NCBI GenBank assembly: GCA_964035545.1
Contig: OZ037767.1
Coordinates: 23,514,628-23,578,627 of the forward strand
Reading direction: 5' to 3'
Source: Bugula neritina
Lineage: Eukaryota > Animalia > Bryozoa
DNA: 64,000 nt
Below, one piece after another: positions 13,101-25,100 of the stretch (the first letter of the stretch is position 1; every line of letters starts with the position of its first letter). The position numbers and the translations under genes were made by a program. The notes under the pieces are model-generated. The model made no database searches. It saw only the letters and a program-made list of their open reading frames with translations, and had not been told where the DNA came from.

Positions 13101-16100
13101 GCAATACAGTGCAATACAATACAATACAATTCAATACAATATATATAGTGCACTGCAATACACATGACTGTACGCTGCTTTGCCGAGATCATAACATAGG
13201 TCAACTATTCGGAACAGTCTAATATACAGACCACACATCTCTCCTAATGGATTGTGTACACATGACACTCAGTAATAAACTATGTTTATACTTGACCTAT
13301 ATTTTGTATTTCAGCAAATCAGCAGACCATGGTGGAGGTCGTAGCCTTTATTAACAGTGTCTTGGCCTCATCAGATACAACCTCGCCTACTAGAGACACC
13401 CCCAAATCACCAACCCAACTCCACACATCAAAACCAAGTGTCCCAGATGTTTCAGAGGAACAGGTTTGTTGAACCTCTGTTTACATATACTCATCCTTCT
13501 GCACCAAAATAATCTCAACAAATAAAACTTTGCAGTAGATCTAAAATTTAGATGGTTTTTTCTTTCAGACTTGTGAATTCTCTTTTAAAACCAAAGAAAT
13601 ACAAAATTTATCTACCAGTAATTTTTTTAAAATTAGAGTTTGTACAACTGTAATATTTCATACACCAGAAAAAAAATTTCACTTGAGTTGTTATCTGAAT
13701 ATGAGTTACAAGTGTTGGCTGATCATTAGGTTGCATTGTGTTAATGTTCAATCTATCTTGTAGACTGCTGAGGCCAGTCTGGTGGTACAAGCGGAGTTCA
13801 AGAAACTAAACATCCTTCTGCATTGTCCTCGGGCGTACAAGTCTGCGTCCCTCACCAATGTAAGCTATGCACCTATTCCTACGTCAGTCAGCAAGGTGGC
13901 TATGGTGAGCATGATGGGAGCCAAGATAGAGGCAGCTATGGGTAAGAATCTGATTGGACGAGTTGCAGACGTCAGCTTTAACTGTCATTGGTTGATTAGG
14001 AAATGCAATTTTATTTCTCAATGATTTAGTGAAAGTTTACTTGATTCTTCAAAATAGGTCTAATTATCTGCCATCCAAACTCTCTTTTGTAATATATTTG
14101 ATCTTATCTTTAAAAATTTCCTACTGATTGTACATAACAATAGTTTATTGTATAATATAACCAGGGTTGTAGTGGCAAAAATATTCTAGGCCATACTCTT
14201 AGGCCGGGGGTCCAGGGGGCCGCCTAGGCCCCCGGCGGGGTCCGGGGCAGCGCCCCGGCCGCCGAAGCCCTCAGAGCGCTTCTGATGCAAATTTATGCAA
14301 TTTAAAGCCATTGTGAATTATAATTCTTCTGAAAAAAATCTGTGTTGAAATGTGCATCTCGCTATTATTTTCATACCATACCAGCTACATGACGACAGGT
14401 CATTGCTGCAAACTATATAAATATTCAGTCTTGTCCCATACCTGTTGACTGTAATGTAATGTAATGTGGTCTTACTCAACTGCAGTTAGGTTTATTCTGA
14501 CACTAAGTCCAACCTGTACAGAAAAATTGCTGAATATCTCAAAAAGATGGAAGGATAGAGGCAGGTAACAAGTGCTCTCCAAATGCAACCTGATTACTTT
14601 AAATAACTAATACACTGCCGTGCACAGAAAAAGAATAATAGATCAGAACAGAGGAAGATTGCTAATCAGAAAATGTGTGTTGATTATTTATAAAGAGCAA
14701 TTTGAATTGATAACTCATTGGCAAGCAGAAATTGGTTGAAACCTATTTGGAGTTTATTAGAGTACTAGTCTAATCCATAAGGTGATACCGCCACACCTCC
14801 TTACACACCTCCTTACACACAATAAAGCACACCCAAGAAGAGTATGTTAACTTGGTTTTAAAATAAAACCCCTGAGCTTCCACTAGATACATCAAGGAAA
14901 TATCCCCAAGAGAACAAATTTGACAGGTTTAATATGTGTTAACCTAGAAGATGATTAAATGTAAAGCCAGACATTAGTACAATCAAACATAAAAGGTTAC
15001 TTATGGTGGTGTACAGTTTGCAAAACCTTATTGCATTAATAATTAACATGCAATAACGCTAGGTTTTTGACCAAAAGGTGGATATAGTACCTGTAGACCT
15101 CAGTGATAAATTTTCATTAGCCTCTCCTACACATGTGTAGGAGAGGCTAATGAAAGTTTATCACTGAGGTCTACAGGTGCAGCTGGTACTGTTTCTTGAA
15201 GACATTTTGATTTTATTTCTGGATTTCATGTTGGCTTTTTCCAAATTCCATTGCTTATTGACAAAATGCAAGTCTACACAAGATAGATAAGGGCAACCTT
15301 CTAGCTGTCACAGCCTTGCTGAGGCCACATTATTGGTATATTATAAGAATTCAGTCCTGCAAAATAAAACCTCACTTAATTGTGCTAGAATTAAAATTTA
15401 AAAACCATGTTTTAGATCTGCCTGTTCCTCAGAGCACCTGCTTTTTTGAGTTTTCAATATTTTTTTGCAAAGTTAGACAAAAATCTACCCATTTTTGGCC
15501 AATGTTACCTGAAAAATTTATTTTTTAATCCATGCCAAATATCTCAGCAGGAAAGCATGGTATTCGAATAGAACAAACACTGTCGGAAACCTGAGAAATT
15601 TATGCATGGCAAATTTTTTTATCTTTTCAATAGCCTTCATAGATTTTCTACAAGTTAGTGATTTATACACTGAAAATGAAATTATGTTTCCTTAGTAATC
15701 ACCAATGCGCAGCACTTCGCGCTTCAATGAACACGTAGAGATGAGAAGATGGAATGTTGATAGCTGCATATTATTCATAGTGTAATCTCAGGCTAAACAA
15801 TCACAAGTAGGCAACACGCATGCCACCCACAGAGCATTAACATAGCAAGAACTTAAACATCGTAAGCATCCAGGTTATTTTGATAAAATCAATTACTGTT
15901 AATTAAAAGATCATACTTTTTTAGTAGCATTCACAAAATATATACAAAAAATCTCAACTCAATATACCAGAAAAAATGAATTAAAATATATGTGTTAATA
16001 GCACTGATATTGACGTGACCGTGGCGCGTGAAAAATCTGAAAAAAGAGTTGTCTTCTTTTTTTCTATATTAATATATAGAGCTTGTCGTGAAAATAAAAA

Positions 16101-19100
16101 TTTTTTTAAAAAAATATTGTGACCCTCTGGTAACTTCCTGAATTTAGAAAATTAGCTCATATATTTCTTTTCATGTGGACAACAGCTCACTTTTTTTTAA
16201 ATTTATTTTGAAGCTCTTTTCGTAAAAAATAATCAAAAGTAAAAAATCCAAAATTTTTACAAATTGGTTCGGGGCTTGACGTGAAAGGCATTTGGACGAA
16301 GATGTCAAGGTCACCATTAATAAATTTATTTCATCACAATTCACAATACTGCACGGAAAGTTAATGAAGTGAGCTGAAAATTAGGTTGCTAGCATATTGA
16401 TATACATTATATTGATTGTTGCAGTATTATTTTTTAAATTTGTTTTGTTATCAGTTATGTTTAACTTCTTCATAGAGCTGCTGTTAGACTAAGAGTAAGA
16501 CATAATATTAGCAACAATGATAATAATAATATTTATATTAAATTAAAATTATTATTAAATTCACGGTGAAGTATCACTATCACTATGAGTATGAGTATCG
16601 TATAAATTAATTATGAGTATGAGTATCACTATGACATTAACTCAATCAATGATTGACTATTACTATGAATATGAATATGGCTTCTAATTCTTGTAACTTT
16701 TGACTATGACGATGCTGATACTGATAGTGATAGTGATAATCACTGCCAGCCCAAGTCTCATACTCATAGTGATACTATTAGTATTAATAATTAGTATTAC
16801 TATTAGTACAACTACTAGTATTACTCATAGTTCTGATAATGATGCAGATGATAGTTTTAAAAGTTCTACTTCTACTTTTATAGTAAGCTAGATTGTATAT
16901 GTTGAGCTCTACTCATTTTTTACTACTAATTTGCTAATACTAATAGTAATAGTAATACTAATAATAGTTATAGTTGTTATAATGATAGTAATACTAATAG
17001 TAATAATAACTATTTCAATTTGATAATTTATGTTTTATAACAGCATTATCGCTTATCATTTACATTGGTTCATAATATGCTTATTTTAATTTTGCTTTGT
17101 GTGTTTTGTCATGTTGTAAATTTAAGTTCGTATGGTTATTTAATGAACTAGAGAACTAGCCAAATGTTATGTAACGGTTGCAGTAATTTACTATAAACTC
17201 AGTGAAATTTAAAACCTAATTGATATTACTATGACATTGATTGTACAGAGGTAGCTAAAATATACATTAAATTACCAATAATTTTAATTCGCCAATACAC
17301 TATGAGTAGAACAATCAAATGCAATGATAGAAAATTAATTAGTCATAGCAGCCCGTTGCTTGAGGAACATTGAGCTACAGGTCTAAAATGATGTAGTTTT
17401 GTGATCCCTTATATAACAAAATAATTTTTTCAAACTGGTTTAATACTTTTATTATAAACACGCTTATCAAAGTAACATGTTTTTGATGTATATTCTATTA
17501 AAAAAGCAATCACATCAGGTTTTCAATTTGTATGTTGTACAAAGTTTATTATGGTGACAAGTTACTAAATTATATGGTTCAGCTTTGTAAAGTAAAGCTG
17601 ATAAAATAAAAACAATTATGTGATTGTTTTACTGCTATATATTAAATTTAAGTGAGTTGAATAATATCCTAGTGCAGTGAATTAGATATTTTTTTAGCTT
17701 TGGTACACCTGTTTGTTATAGGCTAACATTCCACCAATAGAAGAATGGTGCAAGTAGAAGAAATTTCAGGCGCAGAAAGCTAAGGAGCAGTCAGAATGCT
17801 GCCAGAGTTGTGAAGAGGCACTTGAAAAAGCTGAATTTCAATAATGACATGAAATTCGTAACAGATCACCCTGGTGTATTTGAACTGACATGGCCAGCAG
17901 AGTTCTCGAAGTCACATACAACAGCTATTTACATCATCATGGTTAGCTTAAATTTAATTCCTATATCAGTCTCTAATATATAGTTTGATATCTGCTGTAA
18001 ATTTGCTTAAGGAGCATACACATAACCAAAACTGAGTTACACTATAGTATTTGTTCTTGAATATATTTACCAAGATAAGTAGATTTGCTAATTAATTAAC
18101 AGTAAAATTATAATGATACAACAATTTTTCTTTTAGATGATTCAATCAATAACACAAGACACTACAACATGGTTTTGCAGTTATAGAGTATTAATTTTCT
18201 GGCTCTTTCTAAATCTTCATAGAAGGCAAAGAAAACCACTGTCAGCTTGCCTTTATAACTGAGTGCACGCGTCTTCTACCTACAGATGATGATAAACAAT
18301 TTGCTGGTGTGGAACTTTCTAATTTTGTTTACAATGAAGATAGATTATAGGACATTATTCTTTATGTAAAGATTGTCAAGTTTTGTTATAATTAAGAACA
18401 GTTTTAGTTTCAATAAATCGGTTCAACATTATGGACATCATTGCACAAGCATTTTAATCTTTACTATCTACAAAGGTATCTGATGGACTACTTGAAAATA
18501 CAAAACTATGCTCCAGATACACAATGAACTGACCAGCAAAGTTAAAATGAGTTGGAGATGTAGAACATAATATCTTGTTCAAGGCTTTTCCCTGCTGTTG
18601 GAACCTTCTACTTCAGAACACTGAATTGAACAAACATATGTAGATGTATGAAACTTTGCAAACAATAATAATGTGAAATTAGTTGCTAAGTATTACATTG
18701 CTAATAAATACAGCATTGTGTAATGTTTTATTTAATTTTTTTTGAGCCATTTGATCTATAGGCCTGCATAGTATTTACTATATTATAACTAATAAATTGC
18801 AGACACATTATGTCAGACCAGTTTCCATTTAAATAGAATCGTGTAGGCTATCAAATTTGTAGAAGTAAAAAACCGAATTCTTATTGAGTAAAATACTTGC
18901 CTTTTTTTTCATGATGCCTCTACTGCTAAAAAGAGAAGTTTTTATCCATACAGCTCCATCAATCTGTATCCTGATGAAGCTAGTAGTTTAGGAACATTTG
19001 TGGCGGGGAGTGTAGGCTGAGCTGCAGTATAGGAAGAACCCCAACATATGTAATCTATTCAGCACATTATATGTATATTTATTCAAAAAAGAATTTAGAA

Positions 19101-22100
19101 AATGCTTTATGAAGCATGAACAAAGTAAAAATTAATGCTGGTGAAAGTAATATTATTACACCCATTAGAATTACTAGCAGCTATAGCATTAAAATTATGT
19201 ATTTTCATAAAAATGTGTCTAATTTATGCTACAAAGTTATTACTGCCAAAGGTTACAAAATTTACCAGTCACATTCATGCAGCTGGCGGAGAATAACTAA
19301 CTTTCACATGCAATAAATACAATTAGTAGCTCAATCTAAAACTAATGCGCTATTAAATGTTAGGAGTATAAGTTATAGTTATTCTAAGGAATAATTGCAA
19401 AAAAGTTACTTAGAGGAATTTAACTCTTATTATAATGTAATTATCTTCCAAGATATATTACAACATCACTACTTGGATGCATACAATGTCATATTTATAT
19501 TGGCATCAACATAATTTTCAATAATTTCCAATCTATTAACTTGAGCATTATGATTGTGATTATTTTATAAATAAGGCGATGATTAGGCACTGTTGGTATT
19601 TTGGTTCAATTTATTAATAGCTGTAACAGGCAGAGTTGTAAATATAATGGATATATCAAAATTCCAATGGGTATAGTACTCTAACACAACATTGATACTA
19701 ATAATTGTAGCCACTTACTCTTAGAGTTAGTGAATAATGATACAGTCATAACAATCTGAATTTCAATCAGCATTAGAGATAGGCTGACTGCTTTATAATA
19801 TTATAGTTATGTCAAATTGAATTTATTCACTATAACTATAAAATTTATGATTATAATTATAAATTAAAATAATTTAAATATTATATAATATATTGATAAT
19901 TATTGGAATCATAATTATATTTATTGTTATGATCATTATGATTATAATTATTTAATATTATCTTTGTTTGTATTTAAAGTTGTTCCTTAAATTTAAAGTT
20001 GTTTAAGTTTTATAAATTTATTATAATTATATTACTGTATAAGTATTGCTATTATTATTAGTATAATTAAATTATTATAATTTATATTTTATTATTTATA
20101 TTATTATTTATTTTACTTTTTATTTTAAGACCAGCAGTTCAAATTAATACTTGTGTCGTTTGTTTTATATTATAACTTACAAGTATAACTATTAACATAA
20201 TAATTTTACATTTGTTATTAGTATTACTATGAATATAAATATTTATATTAATATAAATATAGCTATTGGTATAACTTATACTTATAGTTATAACTAATAT
20301 TATAAGTATTAGTTTCGAAACTGATTCTGCTCCGTAACATTAACATACTGATACTGTCATATGATTATCATTATGACTGATAATAGTATTAATAAATATA
20401 ACCATTGAATATTATTAATAATAGTTCACCAATAGGCGACAGTCATAGACTTAGAGTTAGAGTGAGAGTCATAGACATAGTGATAGACTAGTGATACTCA
20501 TAGTCATAGTCATACTGATACTGTGATTCAGTTTCACTGATTCAGTTACAAATTTTAAAACTTGGTTTTACGTAGACAACTACTAACCTATAATTCATCA
20601 CAAAACGGTTGAAAATCATCATTTACTGCATATTTAAGAGTAATTTTCTGGTAGTGTGGTCGACATGATAATTGAAATTAAAATAGGGAAAATAATTATT
20701 TTGTGATTTACAGCAAGTTACAAACTAGCGAAATGGAATAGTCCATTTGAAAACAGTCAAATTAGTTACCTTTCTTGATGTTGCGTAGCTAACGTTAGTT
20801 ATTAGTAGCCGCCCGAAGAGTAACATTCATGTGATTTGAACTACGAATAACGAGAATCTGTGACAAACCCGCTTCTTAATAACTTTACGCGATATAAACT
20901 CACGCTACAATAGGGCTATTTTGCCATCCCCACGTCAGAATAGGACACGGAGGGCACGCTCGCGGGCAAGTCTGGGCAAGTCCAAGACACCTAATATGAC
21001 CACTTTTACTTACATTTTTGTAGTGTTTTCGTATAAGAAATTGGATAAAATGTTGATAAAACAGTTGAAAAGCATGCAAACTTTTGCTCAAATGTAATAA
21101 ATAACCTGGAAGCTTACCGCCTGTGAGATTGTGAGCGAAATTTATGATATTCTCAGTGAGGATGCCCTAACTATCCTGTGGCACTAATCATCTTTCAAAA
21201 ATAATTATGCCCATACGGGCGTATGGCCTAGAACAGTCTATTTTCTTCTAGGCCATACGGCGTATGGGACCGTATGGGTACCACTACATCCCTGAATATA
21301 ACATTTCATTATATAATATAGTATTTATTCTATATATAGTATTTCATTGTACATATAGTCTTTTATCATTTCATGATATGTAATATATCATTTTATATAC
21401 AATATTGTATCGTATATGTAGTGTTTCATTTTATAAATAATATTTCATTATATATAGTATATCATTATATAATATAGTATCTCATTATATATAGTATTGG
21501 CTTCAGGTGGTAACAGTGCGACCACAATAGAGGCAGAACTGGGTGGTCTACAGGTAACTGATCTCTCCTCTGACTCTGTACACACTCATGTGTTTGCTTT
21601 TGGAAATACTGGAGAGGAACAGCTGTCTTGCCTGGAGCAGTCTATACCAGCTCATATGTACCAGGTGTGTTTATTGTATACTGTATAGTGTGTTTACTAT
21701 ATACTGTATAGTGTGTTTATTATATACTGTATAGTGTGTTTATTATATACTGTATAGACATGTGCTGGGGAGTTGTCCACTCTAGTTGGAAGGAAAGCAT
21801 TCAACATGACGTACAGTCAAGCTGACGACATAATACCGTCAGACAGCGTCACTATACAGATTGGTTCTATACAGTACATACACGTATCAAATTTCCTCTC
21901 CGATCTCAGCAAATCTGTAAACTTATTTCAAGGTAAGATGCAAATGAAAATCCTGTCCCCATTTTGAAGAGCTCTATTGCAGCATTTAGTCAGCCAATGT
22001 ATGTCGTAGATTTAAATTAATTCTAATTTTAAGATATGGCATGTGATAATTTAACTTTCTTCTCCCAAATCCTAGTTGGTGGAATCACAGTTAGTGGCAA

Positions 22101-25100
22101 AAGTTAATTATTTATGTATTTATGTCTCCTACATTTTTATATCTACACGGCTGTTTGTAACAATACTGTATGCTTCAGCTTGTTTTAAAAAGGAAATGGT
22201 TTGCTACCAAGTCGTCAACTGATTACTATTACTAGTATACTATTATATAAACTATTCAAGTATTGGTCGGATGATGGAGACTCTCTCATTGTTGTAGAGT
22301 ACATAGAGAAAGCTAAGCAGAAGATAAAACATGCAGCAAGTGAGGCAGCAGAATCTTTCGTCCACCAGAAAACCTCTCAGCTAAAACCTGGTAGGCTACT
22401 TCTACTACGCTGTGACACTTATCATACTGTATCACTTGTCACACTTTGTCATATGTCACATTATGTTACACGCCATACAGTGTCACATGTCACACTGTAT
22501 GACATGTCATACAGTATGACACGTCATATAGTGTGACACGTCATACAGTGTGACACGCATACAGTGTCACTTGCCATACAGTGTCACATCATATAATATG
22601 TCAATGTCATACTATGTCATATTTTGCTATGCCATGTTATGGTATAACACCTTCATCTTGAAGAAAACGAGTTTTGTTTTGATTGTGTTGTGAAAACACT
22701 AAACATGCAATCTTAATTTTACATGAGTTTAAAAGTAACAGAGACATATATTTATGTGGAATATCATGGCTGTAGTGCAGGCTCTCAAAGTCACGCTTAT
22801 CCAAAAGCATTTACAGTGGAGTTCAAATAGCAGTATTCTGTCCTGGTGCTTGCAGAGTTGCTGTTTGATATGGACATAAGTCTTACACTGGACGCTCCAC
22901 TGATCGTCTTACCTTGCACCACCTCCAGTACGCAGGTTTTAGTTGGTGAACTTGGTAAGATGACTGTCACTAATAAACGAGAAGTACAGGCCATGCCCCC
23001 TTCTGCTTCGGATATTATCAGTATACAGATAAGGTAATAAGATGTACACGTGTGTGTGCGCGCGCCCGTGTGTGTGCGCGCGTGCGTGTGTAGGTGTGTG
23101 TGCGCGCGTGCGTGTGTAGGTGTGCGTGCGCGCGCGTGTCTGTAGGTGTGGATGTGTGTGCGTGTATATTATTGTTATTTTTATACATTATGTTTTACAA
23201 GATGTGTAGCCAACACTATATGATATATATTATGACCAATTGACCTGTGCATAATGTATGTTAAATGTTGGTACCGTAGAGATATGAAACTGGTTACTAA
23301 AGATGTAGACCCCTTGAAGACGACACTTTTTGGTCAGGAGGTTATACTTGATGAGGCTGGAGTCAACATGACTATAGTACACAAACAGGCAAGACATGTG
23401 CTGCTTTAATGTGTTGTATTAGTATGACCTTCAGCACCTTATTTCTCTCTTGGCTGTTGTTTTATTATAAACTTCTATTCTCAAAGAAATATTAATATTT
23501 AAATATATGACCTTGATATATGTAATTAGCATTCTGCAATATAATTCACACTGTAGCATGGCACTGATTGTTTATTAAAGTGTTATGTAATACCCTTTGA
23601 CAAAAACTCTTTAAAAAAGTTTGATAAACATATAAAACCAGGTTTATTCTTCCAATATGTAGGTATATGTAATGTAGGTCAGTGAAGCACAAAACGATGT
23701 CACAGGAGTAGGTGAATTCGTATTGGAGATGAGTACACATGAGGAGATAAATCACAAAGTTGAAACTAGACGCTACCTAGATATGTCAGCTGACATACCT
23801 CACGCTCTTCAGGTATCTGCAGTCTTGTCTCATGGGTCTCTATGCAGTTGTCTACTCTATGTTGTCAATTAAACTTTATATGTATTAAAATGTGTAGGGA
23901 ACTACAGTAGCCGTATGCTATATAAAAAATGCATGTGTGGGTTTGTGGTCACCATTTCTGTGAGAACCCCTGATGGAAAGGGTTTTTTAAAGCAGGCCCA
24001 GGATGTATTCACATGATGCAAAAAAGCAATTATGACTTGATGCTCTTCCTAACATCATCAATAACTCTATAACCCCTAGACCACGGCTGCTCCCTCTCTT
24101 ACACCGTATGGTTAACTAAACTTTATAACCAATAAAATATGTAGGAAACTGCACTAGCTGCATGCTGTATAATAATTAATAAAGGAATGTTTTTTAGCTA
24201 TCTTTGAGTAGACAGGCATATGAGTTGACTCAACAAGCCATACAAACCGCTACATTAGACAGTACACCACCTCCCGTACACTCTGAACAGCCTTCTGACA
24301 CAAGTCTTGATTCACCAGAGACTGCGCCAGATGTAGGTGTCGAGGAAAAGTTTCTGCAGATCAATGCTAACGTCACTATCCCAGTTGTTTCTGTATGCAT
24401 CAAAGATGAGCTAGGTATTCTGATACTTATTTATTCGCTTGTAATTAATGGTTTATTAGTGCCTTAGTAGCATAATTTCATAACATTTAATTTCGTTTCT
24501 TCAACTTATCATAACTTTTGATCATTTAGACTTTCGAGAGTAAAACATTCATGTTCTTGTGATATACTCACTGTGGGATCTATACTGATTGATCTATTGA
24601 TTATTCTATTTTAGTCTAGTGCTTTCTAAGCAAAGTAATCTATTATGTTTGTAACATTATATTATGCTTGTAACATTATATTATGCTTGTAACATTATAT
24701 TATGCTTGTAAAACCTTGTGACTTGTATATTTACTATTTTAAAGATCTATCAAAATACATAGAAATTATTATTTTGGTAGTGCGTAACAATTTGTCTACA
24801 ATATAAATCCACTCTTTGTAGGTGATGAGAAAGCCCATGGAATAGTAGAAATGTCACTGGAACAGCTTTCTGTGAAGTTTGAGAAAGCAACTCCTTATAT
24901 ATCAACTATTGGTCTGCAGATTTCATCTCTCAGTGTCTTAGACTTGCTGCAGGTTGGTCTGCCAACTCCACAGCAATGTTTAATGAAATCTTTCTGCTCT
25001 TTAAAACCGTTTGTCCAACATATTTCTGGCATCACCAATTATATGCTCAATTTTACTTTGTTTTCTGGCAGAGCAAATAGAGGGTACAGATTTTTCCTTT

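Larger units (their letters stand above)
14162..21294. mobile_element. hAT-superfamily DNA transposon, 7133 bp, apparently non-autonomous, in VPS13D intron 23
   Basis: Left TIR CAGGGTTGTAGTGG (14162-14175); right end CCACTACATCCCTG (21281-21294, reverse complement CAGGGATGTAGTGG). Exact 8-bp TSD AATATAAC at 14154-14161 and 21295-21302. Shared subterminal motif TTCTAGGCCATAC at both ends. An 8-bp TSD with CAGGG termini is typical of hAT (Ac-like). Confidence 0.9.

Noticed and set aside
16691-16990. ORF 16700..16891 as a membrane peptide
   Set aside because: Low-complexity Ile/Thr-rich translation of degenerate hexamer repeats with a non-ATG start.
14162-21294. Autonomous transposase gene
   Set aside because: No long ORF and no recognisable BED finger, DDE or hAT dimerisation motifs on either strand.
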